The notes beneath the pieces were generated by a model. That model had not been told where the DNA came from, searched no databases, and saw nothing but the letters and a program-made list of their open reading frames with translations. Shown one piece after another: positions 1-10,642 of a stretch of DNA of 64,000 nt. This DNA comes from Planctomycetota bacterium (GTDB lineage Bacteria > Planctomycetota > B15-G4), in NCBI GenBank assembly GCA_965248575.1, contig CBDFJQ010000002.1, positions 4,384,001 to 4,448,000 on the forward strand. Reading direction: 5' to 3'. Both the position numbers and the translations under genes were made by a program. Position 1 is the stretch's first letter. The number at the start of each line of letters is the position of its first letter.

Positions 1-654
1 ATCGACGCCGAGGGTGCCCTTACGGGGTTCAGCATCCAGCCTGAGAACACGGAGGCGCCGAGCGGCTACCTCGACTACCGCACGAAGACGGAGCTGCACC
101 TGCCCTTCGAGGGCGAGTGGGACGTGTTCTGGGGCGGTCGCACGCTCGACGTGAACTACCACACCAAGTACCCGGACCAGCGCTTTGCCTACGACCTGCT
201 CATCATGCGTGACGGCGTGTCGCACACGGGCGACGGCACGTCCCTTGAGGACTACCACTGCTGGGGGCTGCGCGTGCTCGCGCCGGGGCGGGGCCGGGTG
301 CACGCCGCGGGGGACGGCCACGACGACAACGTCCCGGGCAAAATGGACCCTGAGCACCCGCTGGGTAACCACGTGATCCTCGACCACGGCAACGGCGAGT
401 ACTCGTTTCTCGCGCACCTGCAGAAGGGCTCGGTGGCCGTGGAGGTCGGCGACGAGGTGGAGGTGGGCACGTTCCTCGGGCTATGCGGCAACAGTGGCAA
501 CACCTCCGAGCCGCACATCCACTACCACCTGCAGGACACACCGACCTTCGGCAAGGGGCGGGGCATGCCGGCGCAGTTCGTGGACTACGTGGCGGATGGC
601 GAGCCCGTCGAGCGCGGCGAGCCGGTGAAGCCGCAGGTCATCCGGAACCGGTGA
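1..654 (+). CDS. M23-family metallopeptidase, 5'-partial (runs off the window)
   Basis: Frame is open from base 1 (IDAEGALTG...LHLPFEGEWDVFWGG). Motifs H...AYD, GNHVILDHG, AHL, GNSGNTSEPHIHYH (HxH). Confidence 0.9.
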   Translation: MDAEGALTGFSIQPENTEAPSGYLDYRTKTELHLPFEGEWDVFWGGRTLDVNYHTKYPDQRFAYDLLIMRDGVSHTGDGTSLEDYHCWGLRVLAPGRGRVHAAGDGHDDNVPGKMDPEHPLGNHVILDHGNGEYSFLAHLQKGSVAVEVGDEVEVGTFLGLCGNSGNTSEPHIHYHLQDTPTFGKGRGMPAQFVDYVADGEPVERGEPVKPQVIRNR

Positions 655-664
655 GCGGGGGCGG

Positions 665-682
665 GCGACCGGTGGCGGTCGC
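665..682 (+). terminator. GC hairpin after the M23 gene, possible terminator
   Basis: GCGACCG-GTGG-CGGTCGC, 7-bp stem, no U-tract. Confidence 0.3.
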
Positions 683-715
683 AGAGGAGTCCCGTTCCGC
701 GCTGGGTGGGGGAGG

Positions 716-750
716 TCCGTAACTCGCGGGGCTTTGTATCGCCTCTGCTC
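716..750 (+). repeat. Dispersed ~35-bp motif, copy 1
   Basis: TCCGTAACTCGCGGGGCTTTGTATCGCCTCTGCTC, similar to the copies near 11264, 41210, 48333 and 49388. Confidence 0.6.
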
Positions 751-823
751 CAGGCCGCTCCAAGAGCTGTCGCTGCATCTCACGTCATCAGACGGCAAGA
801 CGTGCCCGCCGCTAGCGTCGGCG

Positions 824-2128
824 TCAGTTCCGATCGTGCACGAAGACATCGAGCACGTTGTTCGTGTCCCCAGGCACCAGGTTCGACGCGAACGAGCCGA
901 AGGCAACGTGGCGGCCGTCGGCGGAAATCGAGGCCAATCTGCTCCACCCGTCTGCTGGAGCGCCGGCGGAGTCCACGGACACCCGGGTCGTCGCCCCCCT
1001 CTTCCGGTCGCGCACGAAGATGTCGCTTTCGCCGTTCGTGTCCCCGGGCACCAGGTTGGACGCGACTGACGTGAGGGCCACGAAACGGCCGTTGGCTGAG
1101 ATCGAGGGGTCCGCGAAGCTGGACCCGTCCGCTTGCTCGCCGGCGGAGTTCACCGACACCCGGGTCGTTGTCCCCGTCCTGAGGTCGTGCGCGAAGATGT
1201 CAAACTCGCCGTTCGTATCCCCGGAGACCAGGTTCGACGCGCTCGACCCGTAGACCACGACCCCGCCATTGGCAGCGATCGAAGGGAAGCGGCTGGAGGC
1301 GTCTGCTTGCGCTCCGTCGGAGGCCACTGACACCCGCGTCGTCGTCCCAGTCTTCACGTGGTGCACGAAAATGTCCTGCTCCTGGTTGGTGTCCCCGGGA
1401 ACCAGGTTTGACGAACTCGACGAAAAGGCCAACAAGCGACCGTCGCGGGAGATCGAGGGGAGATAGCTCGTGGAGTCCCCCTGCGCGCCGGCGGAATTCA
1501 CGGACACCCGCGTCGTCGTCCGCGTCCTTACGTCATGCACGAAGATATCGTTTTCGCCGTTCGTGTCGTCGAGGACCAAATTCGACGCGTTCGAGTGGAA
1601 GGCGACGAATCGACCGTTGGCGGAGATCGAGGGGGCCTTGCTGGAGCCGATTCCCTGCGCACCGTCGGAGGCCACCGACACCCGGATTGTCGCCCCCGTT
1701 TTCCGGTCGTGCAGGAAGACGTCCGGCGAAGCGTTGGTATCGCCGGGGACCAGGTTCGACGCGAAGGAGTCGAAGGCAACGAGCCGGCCGTCGGCGGAAA
1801 TCGAAGGGTCGAAGCTGTTGTCGTTTGCCTGCGCACCGGCGGAGTCCAGCGACACCCGGTTCACGGTTCCCGTTCTCAAGTCATGCACGAAGAGATCCTT
1901 CACGCCGTTCGTGTCTCCCGGAACCATGTTCGAGGCGCTCGACTCGAACGCCACGAAACGGCCGTTGGCGGAGGTCGAGGGCCAGACGCTTTCTCCATCT
2001 CCTTGCGCACCGACGACGCCCTGAGACACAAGCGTGGTCTCGCCTCCCAGCGCGTAGGGCGCGCTGATGAACAACAGTGCGATGGTTGTGGCCAGGCGCG
2101 TCGACTTGATCCCACGAATGTGGTGCAT
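824..2128 (-). CDS. Secreted TolB/PD40-like 7-repeat beta-propeller protein
   Basis: AGGAGG SD before ATG 2128, signal peptide, seven ~56-aa repeats of SISAxGRxVAFxSxASNLVPGDTN..DxFVxD..TG.T.RVSV. Confidence 0.85.
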   Translation of the reverse strand: MHHIRGIKSTRLATTIALLFISAPYALGGETTLVSQGVVGAQGDGESVWPSTSANGRFVAFESSASNMVPGDTNGVKDLFVHDLRTGTVNRVSLDSAGAQANDNSFDPSISADGRLVAFDSFASNLVPGDTNASPDVFLHDRKTGATIRVSVASDGAQGIGSSKAPSISANGRFVAFHSNASNLVLDDTNGENDIFVHDVRTRTTTRVSVNSAGAQGDSTSYLPSISRDGRLLAFSSSSSNLVPGDTNQEQDIFVHHVKTGTTTRVSVASDGAQADASSRFPSIAANGGVVVYGSSASNLVSGDTNGEFDIFAHDLRTGTTTRVSVNSAGEQADGSSFADPSISANGRFVALTSVASNLVPGDTNGESDIFVRDRKRGATTRVSVDSAGAPADGWSRLASISADGRHVAFGSFASNLVPGDTNNVLDVFVHDRN

Positions 2129-2609
2129 GCTGCCTCCTGATGGACTGCTGGCGGGCTCGACGCCACCCAAGGGACTTCGCAGGGTGCGTGCCCGACGCTC
2201 GGCGCCGCGCGTCGACACAGAGAGCATATCAGTCGATCACGATGCCGAGGTCGTTGCTCCGCGGCGACAGCTCGAGGTGGCAGTGTGGTCCGCACGGCGG
2301 TGGCGAGGTCGCTCAGGCGCCGTGAGCCGCGAGGGCCGACGTTCCCGGAACTCGGGGCTCTCCAGCAGAGAAGTCGTGCGCGACTTCTCTGCTGGGTTCC
2401 GGATGGAGCAGACGAAGTCCGAACTCCCCTTAGAGCCCCAAGCCATGATGCTCCAGAACTCCCTGCGCCTTGCTGCCGTCTTCGGCCAAGCGCCGTCCTG
2501 TCCGCAGGCCTCGGCGAGTATTCCAGCGATGCCTACTGACGCACCCGGCGCGTCCCCCAACAGAAGACGCCAGTCTGATCGACATTGACCGGACCGGCGC
2601 AGGGTGCCT

Positions 2610-2714
2610 GGGGAAGCCCCGGATGGCGTTGCTCAGCACCAGCCCGTCGGCTGTCTTGATGTGCTGGCTGATGAGCTGGATGAACACGTCGGTGTCGTCG
2701 GGGAGACCTGCCAC
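2610..2714 (-). pseudogene. Orphan remnant resembling the end of the shared C-terminal domain
   Basis: AGLPDDTDVFIQLISQ...DGLVLSNAIRGFP resembles PGVPVGTNVWFQFLVQ...HGITVSNGLLATTP. There is no upstream coding part. Confidence 0.4.
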
Positions 2715-2725
2715 ACCGGCGCGGC

Positions 2726-3766
2726 TCAGTCGATGTTCGACTTCGGGAACACGTTGTTGATGAACGTGTTGTCCTCTTCGTCCACGAGCGACCGCAGGTC
2801 GAGTTGCGCGCTGTCCTTGGCCCGGTTGCGGATGAGCGTGTTGCCTCCGCTGGCGAGGCGGACGCCGTCGTCCTGGGCCCGGAGGACGCGGTTCTTCTTG
2901 AACAGCGACCCGAACGAGTCGTCGATGGACAGGCCATCGTCGCCGCAGTCCTCGAGGCGGTTGGCGATGACGAGGCAGGCATCCGCTTCAACGTCAATGC
3001 CATCGCCGCCGATGTCGGACAGCCTGTTCTTCTGAATCAGGTGGACCGAGCCGACCATGATGATTCCGTCCTCGAGGGTGTTCGAGATCTTGTTGCGGAG
3101 CACGTCGTTGGCTGAGCCGGTGAGGGAGATGCCCTTCACGCCGCCTGTGACCTTGTTCCGGATGAGGGCGTTGTCGGAGCCGAAGACCAGGATCCCGGAA
3201 GCTCCAGAACCGCTGATCTTGTTCTTCTGCAGCCTGGCGCCGTCGGTGTCCAGCCCGGGGTCCAGCGGGTCGCCGAGCAGGATGCCGGAGCCGGCGCTGT
3301 CGTGGATCGTGTTCTTCGTGATCTGGACATCCACGCTGCTCCTCACCTCGATCCCGTGACCGCTGCTCCCCGCGATGTCACAGCGCTTGATGGCCACGTC
3401 GGTGCAGCCGTGGACAGTCACGGCCGCGACGGGGCCGGCGTTGCTGAAGTGGAGCCGCTTGAGCGTGATGTCCGTGGAATTCACCACCAGGAGCCGCGCC
3501 GCAGCGGGAACCTCGGGCGACCCCGTCTGGCCGATCAGATGGTCCTTCTTGCCCACCAGCTTCAGGCCGTTCTTGCCGTCGATGAGGAGGTCCGCCTCGT
3601 AGGTGCCGGCGCCGATGAGCACGGTGTCCCCATCCTGGGACGCGTCGATCGCGGCCTGGATGTCCGGGTGGTCCTGGGGCACTCGCAGGACGTCCGCCCG
3701 CGTGACGGCGGGAAGCAGGAGCACCAGCAGGGTGGCGCAGAGCAGGGTTTGAGCGTGGTGTCGCAT
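2726..3766 (-). CDS. Secreted right-handed parallel beta-helix (NosD-like repeat) protein
   Basis: Signal peptide, VLRVPQDHPDIQAAIDA..GDTVLIGAGTY cap, repeated GI.V....N.I..N.I. Confidence 0.85.
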   Translation of the reverse strand: MRHHAQTLLCATLLVLLLPAVTRADVLRVPQDHPDIQAAIDASQDGDTVLIGAGTYEADLLIDGKNGLKLVGKKDHLIGQTGSPEVPAAARLLVVNSTDITLKRLHFSNAGPVAAVTVHGCTDVAIKRCDIAGSSGHGIEVRSSVDVQITKNTIHDSAGSGILLGDPLDPGLDTDGARLQKNKISGSGASGILVFGSDNALIRNKVTGGVKGISLTGSANDVLRNKISNTLEDGIIMVGSVHLIQKNRLSDIGGDGIDVEADACLVIANRLEDCGDDGLSIDDSFGSLFKKNRVLRAQDDGVRLASGGNTLIRNRAKDSAQLDLRSLVDEEDNTFINNVFPKSNID

Positions 3767-3790
3767 GGCGGGTTCCTTCCAACGGACTGT

Positions 3791-4288
3791 TCACGGTCCA
3801 CGTGGCGGTTGTCGCCCCCAGGAACGCGGTTCAGGAGGGGATACGCCAACGGCCGGCCGGGCCCTTCGCCGGGCTCCAGATTTCTTGGTGAGCCCCGTTC
3901 GTGGACTCAATCTCTCTGCGCTGTCCGGCGGCACGCGCAGCGCGTCTTGCACGTCGCTCATGTCCACCTGCTCCAGGCCGTGTCGGCAGTCGCCGGACGT
4001 ACCGACCCCTTCGCCGCTACGGGGGACCCCGACGTCGGCCGAATCACAGAACCTTTGATAATCGAGACCGACATCCGCCAGGAGCTGGGGGATCGAGGGG
4101 TCGAGGATCCCGCACGCGCAGAACAGCGACGTCCGCGACACGATTCCACGCGGCGAAAGGGAGCTATCGCCTGCCGACCGGAATCTCTGGATCTCCCACG
4201 CGACCTCAACGATTCTCACAAACTCGGGAGTCATCGACAGATCAAGTTCGCGAAACTTGGCGCCCAGCGGCTGAAATCCACTGTCCAC
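3791..4288 (-). CDS. Hypothetical protein, possibly a truncated Clp-N-like helical domain
   Basis: Strong AAGGAGG SD before GTG 4288. The first ~120 aa look globular; the tail looks like readthrough. Confidence 0.4.
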   Translation of the reverse strand: MDSGFQPLGAKFRELDLSMTPEFVRIVEVAWEIQRFRSAGDSSLSPRGIVSRTSLFCACGILDPSIPQLLADVGLDYQRFCDSADVGVPRSGEGVGTSGDCRHGLEQVDMSDVQDALRVPPDSAERLSPRTGLTKKSGARRRARPAVGVSPPEPRSWGRQPPRGP

Positions 4289-4629
4289 GCGGTCCCTCCT
4301 TCCCGTGATCGGTTGCAGCGAACGCCGACTCGACCGTCGTTTCCCTCTCTACCGTTTGGCGTGCCCGAGCATCGAATCGTGCCTCGCCGTTGGGCGTGGC
4401 ATCGCGGACCGCGGCCCCATTGAACGCGGTCACGTACAAGCTGTCGTCCGCGTCGAGCTTGAGCGCTCGCTGGTCGCAAGACCCACCGGCGAGCAGCACC
4501 GTCCCATCGGCGAACTCCGACCAAAAGCGTATGGCGCTCCGGTGCGGGACGGCTCACGCTGAAACTGCGGGCGGGGCCTCCCACGGGGTCGCCCGGCCTG
4601 CTCCGTTGATCCGCATTGGAGTGAGTTCC

Positions 4630-6315
4630 ATGACATCCATGCTCAAACACCTGGTCGCGGTGGGCATCGTGGCGGCGGTCGGCGCGAGCCCGGTCCTCCA
4701 CGCCCAGTGCACGCTCGCGCGGGTCACCAAGCCCGTGAGCACCGGCCCCGTTGCCGGTGAGGGCCAGTTCGGGAGGACCGTCGCCCTCCACGCTGACGTC
4801 CTCGCGGTGGCCGATCTGGTCCCGGGCGAATCGGGGGCGGTGCACGTGTTCGTGCGCAGCCCCAGGCCGCCGTTCACTTGGATGCACCGGGCGTCGTTCG
4901 CGCCGGACGATCTTCAGGCCGGCCAGGAGTTCGGCGCCGCGCTGGCGGTCCGGGATGGCACGGTCGTGATGGGCGCGCCGGCGCTGGATGGCCTGGCACC
5001 CGGGGCCGTCTACGTCTCCGAGCGGGACGACGGTGGAACGCCACTCAATCCCCTCGACGATACCTGGACCGCGCCTACGAAGCTGGACCCGCCGTCGACC
5101 ACAGCGGGCGGCACGCAGCTCTTCGGTCATGCCCTGGCCTGTTCAGGGCGCGACCTGTTCGTGTCGTCGGGAGGCGCGTCCTCCGACGGTCGGGTGGGTG
5201 TCTTCGTCCGCATGCCGGGCGCCGATCCCGCGGCGCCCATGGACGACACCTGGTCGCCGGTGCAGGCGCTGGTGCCCTCGGCATCCTCGTCGACCTTCGG
5301 TCTCGCCCTCGACGTGACCGACGACGGCGACCGACTGGTGGTGGGAGATCCCGCGGCGCCGACGGACGTCACGGGCCGCGTCGAAGTGTTCCACCGCTCC
5401 GGGGGCTCGTCGGCTCCCTGGGTGCGCGGCGCGCCGATGGAACTCGCCGCCGGGACGGACGGAGGCGGCCTCGGCCGCGCCGTGGCGTGGGCCGGCAACG
5501 ACCAGGTGTTCGCGTCGTCACCCTCCGCCGGCTACGACTTCGACGGTCGCGTGTTCGTCTTCGACCGGGAGGACGCCGGCACGCCCCTCGACGAGTCGGA
5601 CGACACCTGGAGCCTGGGGCAGACGCTCTCGGCGGACGACGGCTGGGTGTTCCAAGGCTTCGGCCAATCGCTCGACGTGGACGGCGATCACGCCGTGATC
5701 GGCGAGCCGTCCTTCGGCCTGCAGCCCCAATGGGGCGGGTCGGTCTGGGTGTACGAACGGTCGGGGGGCGTGTGGGCGAAGGGGCAGCGCTACCGCAGCC
5801 CGGATCATCAGGTGAAGGATGGCGTGGGCCTTGCGATCGCGGTCGCCGAGGGGATCGCGTACCTCGGCGCCCGGGGCGCACCCTACATCGACGACTGGGG
5901 GCCGGCGGAGGACGTCGTCTACACGCTGGACCTGGACTGCACCAGTCCGTGGTCGGTGATCGGCGCGGCACCGCTCGACCTCAGCACGCCGCGCCTCGCC
6001 GGATGGGGACGGCCCGCTCCAGGGTGGCCCGTGTCCCTGCGCCAGTACGACATCGGCGGTGACGACCTGACCACGGTCCTGATCGGCGGCTTCAGCCGGG
6101 TCGACATGCCCTTCCTCGGCGGGATCCTCTACCCGTCGCCGGACGTCCTCGTCACGGGCTTCGTCAGCGGCTCGTTCGGCGACCTGCTGGTCGAGGTGAG
6201 TTGGCCTCCGGGGCTGACCGACGTGGAGCTGGTGTTCCAGTCCTGGGTCCACTGGAACGGCTTCTTCCCCGACGCATGGCGAGGCTCCAACGGCATCCGG
6301 TTGACGGTGCCGTAG
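4630..6315 (+). CDS. Secreted FG-GAP repeat protein with the shared C-terminal domain
   Basis: Signal peptide ending VLHA-Q, repeated FGxxxA...GAVxVF units, ends VFQSW...SNGIRLTVP. Confidence 0.85.
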   Translation: MTSMLKHLVAVGIVAAVGASPVLHAQCTLARVTKPVSTGPVAGEGQFGRTVALHADVLAVADLVPGESGAVHVFVRSPRPPFTWMHRASFAPDDLQAGQEFGAALAVRDGTVVMGAPALDGLAPGAVYVSERDDGGTPLNPLDDTWTAPTKLDPPSTTAGGTQLFGHALACSGRDLFVSSGGASSDGRVGVFVRMPGADPAAPMDDTWSPVQALVPSASSSTFGLALDVTDDGDRLVVGDPAAPTDVTGRVEVFHRSGGSSAPWVRGAPMELAAGTDGGGLGRAVAWAGNDQVFASSPSAGYDFDGRVFVFDREDAGTPLDESDDTWSLGQTLSADDGWVFQGFGQSLDVDGDHAVIGEPSFGLQPQWGGSVWVYERSGGVWAKGQRYRSPDHQVKDGVGLAIAVAEGIAYLGARGAPYIDDWGPAEDVVYTLDLDCTSPWSVIGAAPLDLSTPRLAGWGRPAPGWPVSLRQYDIGGDDLTTVLIGGFSRVDMPFLGGILYPSPDVLVTGFVSGSFGDLLVEVSWPPGLTDVELVFQSWVHWNGFFPDAWRGSNGIRLTVP

Positions 6316-6405
6316 TCTGCTGGCTCCATTCTGGAGGCTTGCCGTCGCGCCGAGTGTGGGCGAGCCAGGCACTCCGCGCGAGCTGGGCAAGCACGCGCTC
6401 GAGAA

Positions 6406-6436
6406 CTACACCCAGACCAGGAGCGTCTGGGTGTAG
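6406..6436. terminator. 12-bp perfect inverted repeat between convergent genes
   Basis: CTACACCCAGAC-N7-GTCTGGGTGTAG between the stops at 6315 and 6456. Confidence 0.55.
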
Positions 6437-6455
6437 CTCTGAGCGCTGCGGGGGA

Positions 6456-9023
6456 TCAGAACCCGATCGTCGTCTCGAGTCCCTGGCTGAGGCTGTAGCC
6501 GCCGACCGCGCCGGCGTCCTCGAGGATTGCCTGCATCTGGAACGTGATGCCCGCCAGCCCGGGGTCCGTGAAGCTGGTCGTCACCGAGAAGCTGCCGGCA
6601 CCCGGGGCGCCAGCCGCGCCGCTGAGCCCCAGGTAGAGGAACTGCAGGGGCGGGTCCACGAGCAGGCTGCCACCGAAGGCCGGGAGGTTGGCCCGGTTGA
6701 AGCCCAGCGCCACGGCGCCGAACGCGCCGCCCACACCCTGGTCGATGTCGATGTCGAAGCTGCCGCCGATGGATGTGTCACCGCTGCCGGTCAGTGACGG
6801 GACGAACCCGCCGGTGCCCGCCGAGCCCGCGTCGTAGTTGACGAAGGGCGAGCTCGGGTAGCCCGTGATCTCCACGTCGTCGACGTTCCAGCCGGAGTAG
6901 ACCTTGTTGGCGTTCGTGCTGCCCATGGTCCAACGCAGGTACACCGTGGACTGACCGTCGGCGATCGCGGAGATGTCGTACTCCTGCTCGCTCCAGGCCG
7001 ACTCCGTGACCGCACTGGTGTTCTCCCAGACGTCGGTGAAGTTGGTGCCGTCCGTGCTCACGCGGAAGTAGGCGTGGTCGGCGGACGACTGGTCCACGTT
7101 GAGCCAGCGCTGGAAGGACACCTTGGCGCCCGTCAGGCCGCTGAGGTCGAACGGGGTCGAGGTGACGTGCTTCTCGACTTCGTTGTTCCGGTAGTCGCCC
7201 AGCAGGTTGTAGGCCATCACCCCCGTGCCGGTGGCGCCTGCCGTCGGGTCGGGGTTTCCGAACGCGCCGCCCAGCCCGGAGGGCGTTCCGAACTCCCACG
7301 CACCGCCTTCCGCCCAGCCCGGGTCCACGTCCATGGGCAGGCTGGCCACCGTCGTGCGGCCCACCTCGAGCGAGTGGTCGCGCGTGTTGATGACGGCGTT
7401 GGATGTGTCCTCGATCAGGATCGACCCGGTGTAGAGTCCGGCCGCGTTGCCGGAAGCCGACGGGTCGAGGCTGGCCGTCACCTGGACGGAGCCACCCAGG
7501 GCCGCCAGCGAGCCGGACAGCGGCGCCGTGCCGCCGTCGATGAGCAGCAGGCCGGTGGGCGCAGCCAGCGACACCTGGTAGTTGATGGGGGCGTCCCCGT
7601 TGTTGGTGAGCGTGTAGACCACCGACGAGTTGCTGAACGGCCCGCCGACCGGGCCCTCGTGGAGCACGGGCAGGGTGGGCGTGACGGCCATGCCGGCGCC
7701 GAGCGTGTCGACGCTCATGGCACCGGTGCCGGCCGCGTCGAGCCAGTCGGAGAGGCGGCTGTTGGCCGATCCGCCACCGTTCCAGGAGACCGCGAAGGCG
7801 CCGTACCAGTCGGACGAGTTGTTGCCGCAGGCCGCGAAGCCGCCGTGCAGCTGACCCACGACCTGGTGCGCCGGGTTGAACAGCGGCGAGCCCGAGGAGC
7901 CGGGCTCAGTGGTGCCGGTGTCCCAGTCATCGACGCGCACGTGCGTCCCGTTGCCGGGGACAGTGGTGCCGAGGTAGCTCGTGACGGTCGTCGGCTGGAA
8001 CTCGAAGCTGATCGCCTTCTCGTCGGTGCTGGGGTGGTGGATCGCGATGGCGCCGGGGTCGTCGAGGCCGCTGCGGTTCCAGCCCGCGAATGTCACCTCG
8101 TAGGCAGGGTTGGGGTCGCTGTCCAGCTCGACCAACGTGAAGTCGGAGGCCGAGTAACTCGAGCGGAAGAAGGAGCCCGTGTTGAAGTCGGAGAGCACAC
8201 CGTCCGGAGTGGCGTCGCAGACCGAGGTCTCGTAGTTCCAGAAGACGACCAGTGAGGCTGCGTTGCCAGAGCCGATGCCGCAGTGGTTGGCCGTCATGAA
8301 GTACGGCGTGCGGTCGTTGGAGGTGTTGTTCACCATGAATCCGGTGCAGAACGTGCCGCCGCCCAGGGAGATGACGCCCACCGAGGGGATCTCGTTGCGC
8401 CACAGGTCTCCATCGGAACAGACCACGTCCACGTTGCAGGACCCGGACTCCTGGCCGCCGGCCTTGCTGCCGAAGCCGCGGTAGCCGTAGCCGATCTGCG
8501 TCAGCTCGAGCGCAAGGTCGCCGAACAGGTCGCGCGGGATGGTCAGCTCGAGAACCACTGCGTCCGCGAGGACAGGAGGCGTCCAGAGTTCGCCGTGGCT
8601 CGCGTTGTCCTCGTGCGTGAAGGGGCGGATCACCTGTGCGGCGTCCGCGGAGTACAGCATGAGCTGGCCGCCCTCCGGCATGTCGTAGGTGGTGAAGCCG
8701 AGGTTGATGTTCGCCGCGCCGGGTGCATCGATGGCGAGCCGCCACAGCAGCCGGCCGTCGTCTAGCACGTCGACGGTGCCGTGCGTCGCGGGCGTGATGC
8801 TCACTTCGCGCGGGATGGCGTAGCGCGGCGGCAGTCCGGACGCCTCACGTTCGAGGTCTTCCTGAGTGACGGCGGCGAGGTCGATGCCCGCGACACCGAT
8901 GTGCTCGATTCCGCTCAGCGGCGTCGTGTCGTGCTGGAGAGCGGTGGGGACGTCTTGCGCGGAGGCGATTGAGGTCGCGAGTGCCGAGAGGACCAGCGTG
9001 GCGAGGGGGATCACACGGTTCAT
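6456..9023 (-). CDS. Lysyl-endopeptidase-like (Achromobacter protease I type) S1 serine protease with Ig-like, jelly-roll and shared C-terminal domains
   Basis: Signal peptide, long propeptide, SGSCNVDVVC mature start, catalytic triad MTANHC / SDFTLVEL / TEPGSSGSP. Confidence 0.9.
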   Translation of the reverse strand: MNRVIPLATLVLSALATSIASAQDVPTALQHDTTPLSGIEHIGVAGIDLAAVTQEDLEREASGLPPRYAIPREVSITPATHGTVDVLDDGRLLWRLAIDAPGAANINLGFTTYDMPEGGQLMLYSADAAQVIRPFTHEDNASHGELWTPPVLADAVVLELTIPRDLFGDLALELTQIGYGYRGFGSKAGGQESGSCNVDVVCSDGDLWRNEIPSVGVISLGGGTFCTGFMVNNTSNDRTPYFMTANHCGIGSGNAASLVVFWNYETSVCDATPDGVLSDFNTGSFFRSSYSASDFTLVELDSDPNPAYEVTFAGWNRSGLDDPGAIAIHHPSTDEKAISFEFQPTTVTSYLGTTVPGNGTHVRVDDWDTGTTEPGSSGSPLFNPAHQVVGQLHGGFAACGNNSSDWYGAFAVSWNGGGSANSRLSDWLDAAGTGAMSVDTLGAGMAVTPTLPVLHEGPVGGPFSNSSVVYTLTNNGDAPINYQVSLAAPTGLLLIDGGTAPLSGSLAALGGSVQVTASLDPSASGNAAGLYTGSILIEDTSNAVINTRDHSLEVGRTTVASLPMDVDPGWAEGGAWEFGTPSGLGGAFGNPDPTAGATGTGVMAYNLLGDYRNNEVEKHVTSTPFDLSGLTGAKVSFQRWLNVDQSSADHAYFRVSTDGTNFTDVWENTSAVTESAWSEQEYDISAIADGQSTVYLRWTMGSTNANKVYSGWNVDDVEITGYPSSPFVNYDAGSAGTGGFVPSLTGSGDTSIGGSFDIDIDQGVGGAFGAVALGFNRANLPAFGGSLLVDPPLQFLYLGLSGAAGAPGAGSFSVTTSFTDPGLAGITFQMQAILEDAGAVGGYSLSQGLETTIGF

Positions 9024-9219
9024 GGAGAGGCTCACACCCGCCGCGGAGAACAGAGGCGGGTTCCGGAGAGGGGAGAGGGGAAGGACAGCCAGCACGCTCA
9101 GCTGAGCAGGCGGTCATCCTATCAGCGATGTGGTGAACCAGGGAGCCCCCGGTGTCTCCCGCGCTCAGCTCCTGTGGATTCGCGAGGTGCGCGCCGCGCT
9201 CGCTGATTCGGGCTGAGGG

Positions 9220-10056
9220 TCACGGTCCGGAGACGCGCTCTTCGATCACGTCCGCTTGATCCGACCGGCCGGCCTTGCGCAACGCGGTGGCGTAGCCGAG
9301 CAGGGTGTTGTGCAGTCGCGGGTCGTCCTCACCGAAGACTGCCTCCTGGATGGACACGCCCTTGGCGTAGAGGGCCAGCGCCTCGTCGGGTCGCTCCTGC
9401 ATCAGGCGCAACTCGGCGAGGTTGCACAGGTCACCGACGGTGTAGACGGGATTCGGCGCACTCTGCGCGTCCCAGATCGCCAGCGAGCGCCGGAACAACG
9501 CCTCCGCCTCGTCGGGCTGGTCGCGTTGCAGGAGCAGCGCGGCGAGGTTGCCGACGTGTTTGGCCGTCTCCGGGTGGTCGGGGCCGACCGCCTCCTCGGA
9601 GATCTCCAGGGCCCGCTCGTAGACGCCTTGGGCTGCGTCGAGGTCACCCCGCTGGGAGTAGATGGCGCCAAGGTACTTGAGCGTCGTCGCCACCGTCGTG
9701 CGCGCCTGCCCCAGCCGTGCCTCCGCAATCTCGTTCGCCCGGACGGAGTGCGGTTCGGCCGCGTCGAGGTCACCGTCCATGATCTGCAAGGTGGCGAGGA
9801 ACAGCAGCGGTGACAGCAGGTCCTCGTCGCTGACGAGCTGCTGCTCGGCCTCGGCGAGCGCGTCGCGCGCCAGCTCGATCGCCTCCGGGATCGCCCCCGT
9901 GGTCGTCAGCTCCTTGGCGCGCACGAGCTTCTGCTCCCAGGTGGCCGGCGACGGGTGGGTGGCCTCCTGCTGCGCGGCGGTTGGTGCGGTCAGGCCGAGG
10001 ATAAGGATGAGGGCGAGGGCGGGGAACAGCGCGAGGGCTCTGTGGTCAGACATCAT
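9220..10056 (-). CDS. Exported TPR protein (kinesin-light-chain-type ~42-aa repeats)
   Basis: Signal peptide and GPDHPETA...NLA..L...AEALFRRSLAI repeats. Start overlaps the end of the upstream regulator gene. Confidence 0.85.
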   Translation of the reverse strand: MMSDHRALALFPALALILILGLTAPTAAQQEATHPSPATWEQKLVRAKELTTTGAIPEAIELARDALAEAEQQLVSDEDLLSPLLFLATLQIMDGDLDAAEPHSVRANEIAEARLGQARTTVATTLKYLGAIYSQRGDLDAAQGVYERALEISEEAVGPDHPETAKHVGNLAALLLQRDQPDEAEALFRRSLAIWDAQSAPNPVYTVGDLCNLAELRLMQERPDEALALYAKGVSIQEAVFGEDDPRLHNTLLGYATALRKAGRSDQADVIEERVSGP

Positions 10057-10642
10057 TCGCTCCGGAGGGAGGGCCGTGGCGTGGGGCGACAGGGGACAGA
10101 ACCGCCGTGTAGGAGTGCAGGTCGCCGCGCTCGGGGTCGTTGTGTTCGAGGACGAAGGCCGTCAGCTCCTCGATGAGCTGCACCATGCGGTGGCGATCGA
10201 CAGGCTTCAGGTGCACGTGGAAGTGCTGCAGCGAGAGGTTGCGACCGCGGCCGTGCAGGCGGGCCGTCCCCAGCTCGAGGGAGCGGCAGTAGGCCCGCTC
10301 TGTGGAGCGCGTGATCGAACGACACGTGTCCGCCAGGGCCTCGCGATACGCGGGCCGTGTGAGGTCGCCCGCGATCCGCAGCCTGGGAGCGACGAGGCGG
10401 TACAGCCGCTCCATCCGGCGCCCGGCCTGGCGCTCACCGACGTCCTCGACGAGGCCCCGGTCGACCAGCTTGCGCAGGTGGAAGTACAGCGACTCCGGGC
10501 TGCGATCGAGGTGCTCCGCGAGGTCGCGGACCGAGGCCGTGCCCAGCGCCTCGAAGGCGGCGACGATCCGCTGCCGGGCAGGCGAGGCGATGGCGCGGAG
10601 CTGCTCCGGGTCCTGGAGGCGGTGGGTCGTTGATTTGCTCAT
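10046..10642 (-). CDS. ArsR-like winged-helix transcriptional regulator
   Basis: LRAIASPARQRI...SVRDLAEHL....SLYFHLRKLVDRGLV...RMERLY. Confidence 0.85.
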   Translation of the reverse strand: MSKSTTHRLQDPEQLRAIASPARQRIVAAFEALGTASVRDLAEHLDRSPESLYFHLRKLVDRGLVEDVGERQAGRRMERLYRLVAPRLRIAGDLTRPAYREALADTCRSITRSTERAYCRSLELGTARLHGRGRNLSLQHFHVHLKPVDRHRMVQLIEELTAFVLEHNDPERGDLHSYTAVLSPVAPRHGPPSGANDV